Virus record (IMG/VR): IMGVR_UViG_3300032323_002843 | Location: 23,909 to 87,908 of that record | Strand: one strand, 5' to 3' | Length of the DNA: 64,000 nucleotides | DNA from: a virus | Part shown: in pieces, positions 48,116-56,405 of the stretch | Layout of the letters: each line of letters opens with the position of its first letter | How positions within the stretch are numbered: position 1 is the first letter of the stretch | The notes under the pieces: generated by a model | What the model saw: only the letters and a program-made list of their open reading frames with translations | Told to the model about the DNA's origin: nothing | The model's database searches: none | Position numbers and translations under genes: made by a program

Positions 48116-49290
48116 TATACTGTAAATACTTTTTGGGATGGTACTTTATCTATTAAATCAATCATTTTTTTCATATCATTAACTAAATCTTTACCAGCAG
48201 TATTTAATCCTACAATAGGAGCACCAACAGGTGCACTTACAGCGCTTGTTAAATAACCTGATAATCTAGTTAATGTTTGTTGAAGATGAATTAATAGGTT
48301 TATGGTTTCGTTTCCTAATAATACTGGTTGAGGAATATTATTATTATTGTAAGGTCCTAAAAATACTGAATTTGAATTTAGATGTACTCTAGTATCAGCA
48401 TTTAAATTAATAACATTTTTAGTATTAATTTCAACATTAGTAGTAGCAAATATCATTACTTCATCTTTTTTAGAATTTATAGTAACTCTATCTGAATTTA
48501 ATATTACTTGAGAATTAAAATAGTCAGGTACATTTAATGGATTAGTTAAATTATTTAATATACCTGTTTTATCTGTTTGTAAAGGAATTTTTTGAGTAGA
48601 AGTTAAATAAATAGAAGATGAATCTGCGTTTATTTGTTCTACATAATATTTTTGATTAGGGTTATATGCTAATCCATTTGTTAATATAGCTATAGAATCT
48701 ACTTCATTTCCAATTTGACTCCATTCATTTTGAGGATTTATCCTTGTTGTTGTACTAAATCTTAAAGCACTTCCTTGTCTTCCTTCTATGATATAATCTC
48801 CTTGATAAGGAACTAAAGGTCTAATATTAGGATTAACATAAAAAGTAGATCCAGGAGAATCTTTATCTGAACTGGGCTGGGTATTTAGTTGAGGGTTATT
48901 CCATAGGTTTAAAACTGTATAGTATTTTTGATCAGAAGATGGAGAAACTTGAGAAAAAGGAGATGGGAGTTTATCTTCTACTACTATTAATTCTCCTATT
49001 AGAGGATAGTATTTAATAGAAGGATAAAGAGGTTTAGCTATAATACAATTATCTAAAAAATTATCATCAATACTTCCTGTTACATTTTTTGATTGGTCAT
49101 AGTCAAGATAAAAAACAGATCCCATACCATCATACCCACCAGCTTTTTTGAACATAGTAGGGGTTGGTGTATCTTCTGTAGTAACAATACCATATACTTT
49201 TCCTACTTGTTTAGATTTAGGAGAACTATAGTTATTTTTCCCAATTGAAGATACTACTAATGATAAGTTATCTTTTGATTTAAATCCCAT
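48115..49290 (-). CDS. Baseplate hub/central spike protein (gp5-like, no lysozyme domain)
   Basis: YPLIGE OB-fold-like segment, GDYIIEGRQG, QVILNSDRVTINSK beta repeats, PVLLG. Confidence 0.65.
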   Translation of the reverse strand: MGFKSKDNLSLVVSSIGKNNYSSPKSKQVGKVYGIVTTEDTPTPTMFKKAGGYDGMGSVFYLDYDQSKNVTGSIDDNFLDNCIIAKPLYPSIKYYPLIGELIVVEDKLPSPFSQVSPSSDQKYYTVLNLWNNPQLNTQPSSDKDSPGSTFYVNPNIRPLVPYQGDYIIEGRQGSALRFSTTTRINPQNEWSQIGNEVDSIAILTNGLAYNPNQKYYVEQINADSSSIYLTSTQKIPLQTDKTGILNNLTNPLNVPDYFNSQVILNSDRVTINSKKDEVMIFATTNVEINTKNVINLNADTRVHLNSNSVFLGPYNNNNIPQPVLLGNETINLLIHLQQTLTRLSGYLTSAVSAPVGAPIVGLNTAGKDLVNDMKKMIDLIDKVPSQKVFTV

Positions 49291-49676
49291 TATTTTTGCT
49301 CTAAATGCACTATGGGTGCTTGATTAAGTAATTTTTGACCTTGTTCTTGTACTGCTTTTTGTTCTTCTAATAAAGCATTGATTTCATCCATGTTAATTAA
49401 ATCAGTACCACTATTTGCATTAACAGTTGCTGCACGCTGCGCGATAGCTGCTATTTTAATTAATTGTTCGTTATTTTTTACGTTAACATCAATTAAATCT
49501 TTAACAGTAGGCATCAACATTGTTGCAGAACCCGCGTTAGCTGTCGCCATTGGTTTCATAGTATCTATGAATTCTCCAATTTGCTTATCAATATCTTTAT
49601 TATTTTTATGTATTTTTTTAAACAAGTCTGATAAAGACATGCCATCAAATACTTGTACATCGTCAAAATTAGCCAT
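49290..49676 (-). CDS. Conserved helical hypothetical protein (start revised to MANFDD)
   Basis: Late motif at 49691-49698; VKNNEQLIKIAAI. Confidence 0.65.
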   Translation of the reverse strand: MANFDDVQVFDGMSLSDLFKKIHKNNKDIDKQIGEFIDTMKPMATANAGSATMLMPTVKDLIDVNVKNNEQLIKIAAIAQRAATVNANSGTDLINMDEINALLEEQKAVQEQGQKLLNQAPIVHLEQK

Positions 49677-49704
49677 AAATGCGTTTACCAATAAATATGA
49701 ATAA

Positions 49705-50478
49705 TTAAATCTTTATATGTCCGTGATTGTAGTATTCATTATACAGCTGAACGTATATTAGTTTGAGCTTTTTAATTATTTTAGTGATCTGAGGTGTTGA
49801 CACATCAGTTATTTCACGAATATAAATGTATAATGCTTTTTTATTAAATATTTCTAATGTTTCACGTTTACGAAATAATTCAACAATAGCATCTGCTGTT
49901 TGAGCATCTTGCTTTTTAGGAAATAATCTGAATATATGGGTATCTATATATTTGATATATTGATCAATAAAACTCATTTCATCAAATGCTTGTTCTATGT
50001 TTTTATCATTTTCATAGAGCATCATCTGTTCATCATCAGACTCATCAACATCAGCTTTTTCCTGGAGTTTCTTATAGTTGTTTTCGTTATAAACGATTAG
50101 ATAACGTTTGGCAATAGTACCAAAATAAGAGAATGCTTTACCCTTCTCAGGCTTATATAAGTGGAGTTTTTCGAGTAGGAATGTAATTACCTCGTGTTTT
50201 AATTCCTCAATAGTATCAGTATCAGTATAGTAAAACTTAAATGTATGAATAATGTTTTCGGATAACTTATAAAAACCATATTCAATACGGTCGTTATAAA
50301 TACGATTACGTTCAGCTTGATCAGTACAAGCCAAATATTCTACAATTGCATCTTCAGTATCCTGAGTGAAGTAAATACGAGGTTCTTTTGGTTTGCGTTT
50401 ACGCGGTTTACCTCGTTTAGTTAGTGCTAGTGTGTCTTCAGCAAATATATCAGCACCATAATTATCAAAATATGACAT
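49705..50478 (-). CDS. Sigma-factor-like late transcription protein (T4 gp55-like)
   Basis: YFTQDTEDAIVEY...KLSENII...EKGKAFSYFGTIAKRYL (compare gp55 NPFAYFTQI). Confidence 0.7.
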   Translation of the reverse strand: MSYFDNYGADIFAEDTLALTKRGKPRKRKPKEPRIYFTQDTEDAIVEYLACTDQAERNRIYNDRIEYGFYKLSENIIHTFKFYYTDTDTIEELKHEVITFLLEKLHLYKPEKGKAFSYFGTIAKRYLIVYNENNYKKLQEKADVDESDDEQMMLYENDKNIEQAFDEMSFIDQYIKYIDTHIFRLFPKKQDAQTADAIVELFRKRETLEIFNKKALYIYIREITDVSTPQITKIIKKLKLIYVQLYNEYYNHGHIKI

Positions 50479-50532
50479 AGTGATTTCCTAATTTTTAATC
50501 CCAATATAAGGAAGAAAAATCACATAACCAAA

Positions 50533-50808
50533 CTAGCCTTTGAAATTATTAAAGTCGTTAATGAGTGTTTGTATTTCCCTTAAATTCTTAAAAAAAGTAC
50601 CAACTTCATCATCGGCTTCAAATGCACCTAAAGTATCTAATTCTTTAAGTTTTTCATTAGAGTTATTAACAATAATACTTATAGCATCAATATATTCACG
50701 TTGTTGAGTAACAGCTTCTTCTAATGCCCTATTACGTCTAATAAGTAAAAAAGCGCCAATGGTAGCTATCTCAACTAAATGAATTATTATTAACCAAATC
50801 CACATCAT
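50533..50808 (-). CDS. Single-TM protein
   Basis: N-terminal TM; FEADDEVGTFF. Confidence 0.7.
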   Translation of the reverse strand: MMWIWLIIIHLVEIATIGAFLLIRRNRALEEAVTQQREYIDAISIIVNNSNEKLKELDTLGAFEADDEVGTFFKNLREIQTLINDFNNFKG

Positions 50809-51005
50809 ATACCAGCGAATTGTTGTGCAAAATCATCTTGTTCAAGAGAAATAATCTCACGAACTTTTTCAATTTGTTCTTTCAATTGTTCTAAAGATTC
50901 AAGAATTTGATCTTGATCTAAACCTCTGTTTACTTGAAATTGAATACGATTAGAAACAGCTTCTACTTGATTCAATTTATCTAGTACGTTATTTTTGTAT
51001 TTCAT
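50805..51005 (-). CDS. Small coiled-coil protein
   Basis: Late motif at 51021-51028. Confidence 0.65.
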   Translation of the reverse strand: MKYKNNVLDKLNQVEAVSNRIQFQVNRGLDQDQILESLEQLKEQIEKVREIISLEQDDFAQQFAGI

Positions 51006-51208
51006 AATATATGTTTATATATAAATATATGTGTTTTCCCGTTCCCCAACCCCTCGGCGTTCTTATCATTCTCCCTGTTCCCTTTTTCTCAACCCGCGTA
51101 GGTGGAAGTTACGAAGGAGATTTTATACTTCCAAAGAAGAAGGGCATCTTTTTCAAGACGCCCAAATTTCTTTATTTTTAATTTACAAATTACAAACTCT
51201 TAGATCTA

Positions 51209-51715
51209 CTAATTTTCAATACCTTTAGATCTATTGATTTGACCTGATATACTTTGTAAGATTTTTTCTTTTTCTTCTTTAGATTTACCTTTTAAGTCTC
51301 TATATAAAGAAGCAGCAAACGTACCACCAACACCTAAAATAGTAGCAAGGATAGGGATAAGTTCATTTACCATATCTTCGTTTAGATCTGATTCATCTAA
51401 TTTGTCTTTCTTGTCTTCGTCTTTAACTTTCTTTTTTTCAGCTAATACAGCTTGTAATTCTTGGCGAACCATTTCTTTTAATTCGCTTTTAGTTAATTTC
51501 TTTTTGTTTTCCATTTCTTGTATGGTGTTAATTTTTGGAGATTGTTTTAAAATTGTTTGTACAGCTTCTAACTGTCTTGGTTCGTCAACGATTACTTCAA
51601 AATATCCCTCTAATTTATTATCTACAGCTTGATCTGTATCTAAAGCAACACCTGCTTTTTCCATACGATTCAAAAATGCAGCTTTATCTTCAAGTTTTAT
51701 TTTAAATGTAGCCAT
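51209..51715 (-). CDS. Late protein with an internal head-tag helix and C-terminal hydrophobic segment
   Basis: LTKSELKEMVRQELQAVLAE, LNE; late motif at 51726-51733. Confidence 0.65.
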   Translation of the reverse strand: MATFKIKLEDKAAFLNRMEKAGVALDTDQAVDNKLEGYFEVIVDEPRQLEAVQTILKQSPKINTIQEMENKKKLTKSELKEMVRQELQAVLAEKKKVKDEDKKDKLDESDLNEDMVNELIPILATILGVGGTFAASLYRDLKGKSKEEKEKILQSISGQINRSKGIEN

Positions 51716-51792
51716 CTTGTTTACAATAAATATATGCAGGTATAACAGAACGTATCTCCCTTATGTAGTCTTGTGGCTACCAACACCAATCT

Positions 51793-51963
51793 CTAGATAC
51801 GTATATACAATTTCCTTAGCATTAAAGCATGCCATATCGCATGTAACGACATAAAACCCACAAATTGTAATATATTAAATCCAATGATATTAATATGATA
51901 GTGGTGAAAACAAATTAGGATTATATGACCTAATAAAGTTAATAAGATATTAGTTAATTTCAT
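51793..51963 (-). CDS. His-rich hydrophobic peptide, 56 aa (not in the ORF track)
   Basis: Hand translation: MKLTNILLTLLGHIILICFHHYHINIIGFNILQFVGFMSLHAIWHALMLRKLYIRI. Confidence 0.4.
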   Translation of the reverse strand: MKLTNILLTLLGHIILICFHHYHINIIGFNILQFVGFMSLHAIWHALMLRKLYIRI

Positions 51964-52438
51964 TTGATTTGTATTTTTTACCTATATTTTCAATAATAAT
52001 GCGCGCATCATCAGATGATATTTGAAACCCCTCGCGTTTTGGATTAACACGTACGCCAATGTCTTCAAGATGTGTGTGTATATCATGCTCAAGTGAACGA
52101 CCATCTGGACACTTATATGAGAATACCGCGTACCAAGGCGTAATAACACCCGTAGCTGAGTTGATCTGTTTAACTCTATCGTATACTGTCGTGGTAGTAA
52201 AGCCAATTTTACATATACCTGGAATAGATGGGTTAACAAGAATGTAAATATAATGGGGGTGTTGTGGGGTATTTGTTGGATCTAACCAGGCTGCACCGTA
52301 GTATGTGATTTCTTCCCAACCTGGGTCATTAGGGATGGGGGTAAGGGTGTAAGCAATAGCACGGTGCATATTATAACGCATATCACTGCTGCTTAATGGG
52401 CGATACTGCTTAGCCTCATCGTGTGTTAAACGTTTCAT
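51950..52438 (-). CDS. T5orf172/GIY-YIG domain protein
   Basis: YIYILVNPSIPGICKIGFTT...RVKQINSATGV..P...LE..IH...REGF. Confidence 0.85.
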   Translation of the reverse strand: MKRLTHDEAKQYRPLSSSDMRYNMHRAIAYTLTPIPNDPGWEEITYYGAAWLDPTNTPQHPHYIYILVNPSIPGICKIGFTTTTVYDRVKQINSATGVITPWYAVFSYKCPDGRSLEHDIHTHLEDIGVRVNPKREGFQISSDDARIIIENIGKKYKSNEIN

Positions 52439-52635
52439 TATTTACGAAGTTTAATTTGTCCTAAATAAATTATTACAACTATTGGGAACATTAACCAACC
52501 TATTATCAACCCACCAACTAAGTTAATTGATAAATCAAGTAGTGTGTGACGATGATTATTTTCGTGTTCGCGTATACTGACAAACCCAGCGATGAATAAT
52601 CCGCTGAATAACACGTATGAGAGAAATATTGACAT
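52438..52635 (-). CDS. Small two-TM protein
   Basis: Two hydrophobic helices; AAAGGTTATG leader. Confidence 0.6.
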   Translation of the reverse strand: MSIFLSYVLFSGLFIAGFVSIREHENNHRHTLLDLSINLVGGLIIGWLMFPIVVIIYLGQIKLRK

Positions 52636-52653
52636 AACCTTTTATTTGTTTAC

Positions 52654-52827
52654 TTAAATATCCGATTGGGACTTTGCCTGTACAACGCTTCCACTTAAAA
52701 TAGCTTGGTTGTATTCTTCAAGCGTTAGTCCGTATTGTGCTGCTTGCGCTTCGCGTTGTTGTTGAATGTATTGTTCAAATGCTTCTTTAGTGAGCATCAT
52801 ACTGTCTTGTATATACTTTGTCGACAT
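52654..52827 (-). CDS. Small hypothetical protein (start revised to MSTKY)
   Basis: AAQYGLTLEEY motif. Confidence 0.5.
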   Translation of the reverse strand: MSTKYIQDSMMLTKEAFEQYIQQQREAQAAQYGLTLEEYNQAILSGSVVQAKSQSDI

Positions 52828-53117
52828 AAAAAGTTTTGTTAAGAGGTAGTTTTGTGGTTTTATAAAGTGGTTCCAAAAGGGGTTAAATGGAAATTCGCGA
52901 ATAAATATGGGGTATATGCGTATATATGTTCGATGGGTAAAGATTGTGTTTCTGTTGAACATACCCATCTTTTTTTTACATTAACCACGCCCCGTCGATG
53001 GACCGCAATTAGCATGGGAGCACTCCGCCGTCGAAACGCTATCGGATCGCTATCAACCGCGGGCGTCCCGCTATCCCTAAATTTTTTTAGAGATGCGGGC
53101 ATCGGGCATCATGCCCA

Positions 53118-53324
53118 TTAAATTTTAATCCCCACGGTAGCCATCATGCGTTTGTACTCGTCTGGTGATTCGTCGCCGTATCCACCTGAATTATTATCAT
53201 CATCCATTACTTCATCTAGTATCATCTGCGCTTCAGCTTTAGTTACCCAACCATTGCCGTCTACATCAACTATGTTTCCTACATAGTACATGTCATTCAT
53301 GTTCATTAATTCGTTTACATTCAT
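53118..53324 (-). CDS. Small acidic early protein
   Basis: Intact ORF with an A-rich leader. Confidence 0.55.
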   Translation of the reverse strand: MNVNELMNMNDMYYVGNIVDVDGNGWVTKAEAQMILDEVMDDDNNSGGYGDESPDEYKRMMATVGIKI

Positions 53325-53325
53325 A

Positions 53326-53538
53326 CTATTTAATTTTAATAAAGTTATAATTATCTGATTGTCTCATAAGTCTGAGTTGGTAATTAGTGTGTTCAATGTA
53401 TTTATTACCTTCGTTTACATCGTTCACAGCCATCATTCTGTTTTCCCCTAACACATACCATCCATCAGCTCGTTCTTCTAAACGTAATGGACCACTTAAA
53501 TCGAATGTTTCACCGTCTGTAAATGTTAATTTGCTCAT
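53326..53538 (-). CDS. Small early protein
   Basis: Early promoter motif at 53556-53568. Confidence 0.6.
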   Translation of the reverse strand: MSKLTFTDGETFDLSGPLRLEERADGWYVLGENRMMAVNDVNEGNKYIEHTNYQLRLMRQSDNYNFIKIK

Positions 53539-53572
53539 GTTTTATTATTTGTGTACCGTGAAGATATGATTA

Positions 53573-53803
53573 TTATTCAGCCCAACCACTAAATGGATCA
53601 ACATATTGCTTTAGCTCATCAATGTTCATTTTCCATGCTGCGGTTTGTGTTTTCACTATCGCTGTTACCTTATTCATTTTAGTTATGATACCGTATTCAG
53701 TGTTTAGGTACGTGCTCATACCTCGCTCGTTAATTGATCTGTTGAATTGAACGCGATCGCCTACTTGAAATGTTACTACTGGTTGTGTTGTTATTTGTTT
53801 CAT
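53573..53803 (-). CDS. Small SH3/KOW-like early protein (start revised to MKQIT)
   Basis: FQVGDRVQF...GIITKMNKVTAIV; promoter motif at 53816. Confidence 0.6.
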   Translation of the reverse strand: MKQITTQPVVTFQVGDRVQFNRSINERGMSTYLNTEYGIITKMNKVTAIVKTQTAAWKMNIDELKQYVDPFSGWAE

Positions 53804-53835
53804 ATCATTATTATGACGTGAATATATAATCATGG

Positions 53836-54060
53836 CTATGCCATGACACATTTATCTGCTTCTAACTGTTGATACTTAGCTACACATTTAGGACATCCAA
53901 TGTGTTCCATACCTTCTATAGCTACCCAGTTGCTAGATAACATCGGACGTCCACACATTGTTACTGGTTCACCTGATTTAGCGATGTGAGCTGTATTGCT
54001 CCATACATCACCTTTACCTCCAAACATGTAATGTTCATTGTCTAATTGATACTTTTCCAT
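53836..54060 (-). CDS. Small zinc-binding early protein
   Basis: H...CG...CPKC. Confidence 0.6.
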   Translation of the reverse strand: MEKYQLDNEHYMFGGKGDVWSNTAHIAKSGEPVTMCGRPMLSSNWVAIEGMEHIGCPKCVAKYQQLEADKCVMA

Positions 54061-54081
54061 ACGTTTAATTTTTAATTTTTA

Positions 54082-54396
54082 TTATACCGTGAATATACGT
54101 GATTGGCTCTGCCTATACTGTGGTTCAGTGTATAGATCATTGTAGAACTCAATTACCGTTTTCATGTGTGTATCGATGTGTGCAGCGTCTAGCTTGATCT
54201 TATCACTGGACCAGTTCAGTACACACGTATCATGATGGCTGCGGTGCCAAGTGATCGTATCGTCTATACTGGTGTAGTCGACTGGAACGAATAATACGGT
54301 ACCATCACCCTCATTATCGTGTACTTCATATCCCATTGACTCAGCTAGCTCATATGCTGCTTTATTGATCGCGTTTTTAATTTCTTTCTTGTTCAT
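54082..54396 (-). CDS. Early hypothetical protein
   Basis: A-rich leader AAAATTAATAAGTATG. Confidence 0.6.
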   Translation of the reverse strand: MNKKEIKNAINKAAYELAESMGYEVHDNEGDGTVLFVPVDYTSIDDTITWHRSHHDTCVLNWSSDKIKLDAAHIDTHMKTVIEFYNDLYTEPQYRQSQSRIFTV

Positions 54397-54507
54397 ACTT
54401 ATTAATTTTATAGCATTAAGGTAGGTAGCCAGTTCTGACCACCCACATCTATTTAATTTAATATATTAATATTTTCAAACTATTTCATTATAATATATTA
54501 TTTTAAT

Positions 54508-54879
54508 TTAACTATATTTTTCTACTATTTTATTAATTAATTCATCTACATTTATTTCTTTACCTATACTATATAATACTAAATCATTATACACATTTAA
54601 ATTATTATTAAACATTACTTTAATTTCATCATTATAATCTCTATAAACACTATTAATATTATATTTACTTCTAACTTTATTAACTATTTCATTATATATT
54701 TTACTTTTTTCATCTTTCTTTTTATTTAATTCAATTATTTCTTTATTTAATTTTTCTAACTTTTTATAATCCACATCTTTTTCTAATTTACCTTTAATTT
54801 TTTCATACTTAATTTCATTAACTCTTTTACCAATTTCAATACTTAAAACACTCATTTCACTACTACTTAACTTTTTCAT
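54508..54879 (-). CDS. Cytosine-free gene encoding a 123-aa Lys/Glu/Asn-rich helical protein
   Basis: No G on the + strand over 54438-54925; protein lacks Ala, Pro, Thr, His and Gln; canonical leader and promoter. Confidence 0.8.
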   Translation of the reverse strand: MKKLSSSEMSVLSIEIGKRVNEIKYEKIKGKLEKDVDYKKLEKLNKEIIELNKKKDEKSKIYNEIVNKVRSKYNINSVYRDYNDEIKVMFNNNLNVYNDLVLYSIGKEINVDELINKIVEKYS

Positions 54880-55107
54880 ACTTTTTTAATTTTAATTTTT
54901 AATAATTTAATATAATTAAATATAAGTAATTAATTTTGACCTTTAAAATATTTATGTATATTTTTGAATAGTTTTTTTTTAGTGGTAGGGGGGAAGGATG
55001 TGAGCTGGAGGAAGTACATCCCAGAAACGCTAGTAGCTGGACAGCGAGGGAGCCGGGTGAACACCCAGCTCCGTCTAACCATTAAAAATTAAAAGTATGA
55101 ACCGTCT

Positions 55108-55497
55108 TTAAGCCACGGCGGCTAATATTTCTGTCGGCACTAGCACTCCAGTGTAATCCAATCTGGAGCAATCCCACTCGTGCTCGTTGTTATAAACGTA
55201 TATATAATCCACCCCGTAATTCATTCCCACTGCAGCTAGCTCACTGGTGTTTACATCTCTGGGCTCCACCATTCCCCACGGTTCGTTTCTGTCGCGGTGA
55301 TAAGCAGTACAACTGTCTGGTGTTGCGTCCAGTGAACTCAAATCCCCTAGCTCCATCAGTGCAGTTATTAACGCGGGTGTGTTGTAGTCGTGTACTAGTA
55401 ACTCCCCAACGTGTGCTGGATATCCATCCCAGTGGCAATAAATAATCTTAGTGATCCCATTATCCAAATTCATCCCAATCAATGATCTTGTAGCCAT
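55108..55497 (-). CDS. Conserved phage protein (YCHWDGYP motif; start revised to MATRS)
   Basis: TRSLIG...IYCHWDGYP..VG..L...GDLSSL...AYHRDR. Confidence 0.75.
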   Translation of the reverse strand: MATRSLIGMNLDNGITKIIYCHWDGYPAHVGELLVHDYNTPALITALMELGDLSSLDATPDSCTAYHRDRNEPWGMVEPRDVNTSELAAVGMNYGVDYIYVYNNEHEWDCSRLDYTGVLVPTEILAAVA

Positions 55498-55558
55498 AAC
55501 TTTAATTTTAATTTTATAACGTAAATGTATGTACAAAAAATCTGCCCACCAAATTCGT

Positions 55559-55765
55559 CTATAAAAAAACATGTTGGTTGACCCCGTGAAGTGAACTCAC
55601 TCGGTGCTCCCTCATCCAGCTGAACTGGTCTGGTTGAGCGTCTGGAGTGCAGGTGGAGCAAGGGACCTGAACACCGTACTCTAGATTGATTGGTTCCCCA
55701 CTGATGCGTACACCAAAAAAGAACGTTAATAAAAAATTGATAATAATGTCTATATATTGCTTCAT
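55559..55765 (-). CDS. Small membrane-anchored protein (start revised to MKQYI)
   Basis: Hydrophobic N-terminus and CxxC. Confidence 0.45.
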   Translation of the reverse strand: MKQYIDIIINFLLTFFFGVRISGEPINLEYGVQVPCSTCTPDAQPDQFSWMREHRVSSLHGVNQHVFL

Positions 55766-55786
55766 ATTAATTATAATAATGGTGAT

Positions 55787-55834
55787 AAAAAAAATGAACA
55801 GACGGGATCTACTACGGACCCCGTCGTTCAAAAA
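55787..55834. terminator. Hairpin flanked by A-runs (terminator for the minus-strand AT-hook gene)
   Basis: gaac-a-gacggg...cccgtc-gttc stem. Confidence 0.65.
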
Positions 55835-56074
55835 TTATGCGGCAACCGCCTCAGCCTTAGCTGGTCTACCACGCTTGATCGTTTCACCAGCTGCGATCTT
55901 AGCTGCCTTAATGGCTAACTTAGCTTGACGCGCTGATCCCTCACTAGCTGGTCTACCACGCTTCACCTCACCACCAGCTGCAACGCGTGCTGCTCTGGCT
56001 TCTAGACGTGCTTGACGTGCTGATGTACTTACTGTTGGACGACCTCTCTTTGTTGATTTGTTTTCGTTTGACAT
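55835..56074 (-). CDS. AT-hook repeat protein (3 x KRGRP), HMGA-like
   Basis: Three KRGRP motifs with Ala/Arg/Lys spacers; duplicated SARQA unit. Confidence 0.8.
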   Translation of the reverse strand: MSNENKSTKRGRPTVSTSARQARLEARAARVAAGGEVKRGRPASEGSARQAKLAIKAAKIAAGETIKRGRPAKAEAVAA

Positions 56075-56143
56075 AACCTTTTGTTTTATTGTTTTTTAAT
56101 TATTATATTATAAATGTCTGGACAAAACATTGCCCAAAAAAAA

Positions 56144-56350
56144 TTACCTGATTAACGTTTTAGCCATATACTCTCCCCCACATCTTATTCCAGCATGAAA
56201 CATGTGTAATAGATCTATTGTACTATTCATTTCAAATTTGATAAGGTCTTGATTACCATCATCAAGCTTATCAACAACAACTCTATCTGCACCTAATGCT
56301 TCAACGATATAAGGAACTCTATCCTTACTAATAAACAATTCTACATTCAT
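56144..56350 (-). CDS. Small early protein (start revised to MNVEL)
   Basis: TAAAGTTATG leader; promoter motif near 56369. Confidence 0.6.
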   Translation of the reverse strand: MNVELFISKDRVPYIVEALGADRVVVDKLDDGNQDLIKFEMNSTIDLLHMFHAGIRCGGEYMAKTLIR

Positions 56351-56405
56351 AACTTTAATTTTTATTATACATAAATCTACACACAAAACCTCGACCGAAC
56401 AAAAC

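Larger units (their letters stand above)
2533..51733 (-). promoter_or_regulatory. Dispersed late-promoter motif ATATTTAT (sense strand), at least 17 gene-proximal copies
   Basis: + strand ataaatat at 2533, 3114, 6556, 8467, 10066, 11785, 16961, 23056, 26185, 32212, 37641, 43615, 44256, 46841, 49691, 51021, 51726, mostly 5-45 nt upstream of starts. Confidence 0.8.

Noticed and set aside
52654-53121. Overlapping ORFs 52852-53121 (+) and 52860-53102 (-)
   Set aside because: Atypical composition, no leader, and they overlap a structured GC-rich element; likely non-coding
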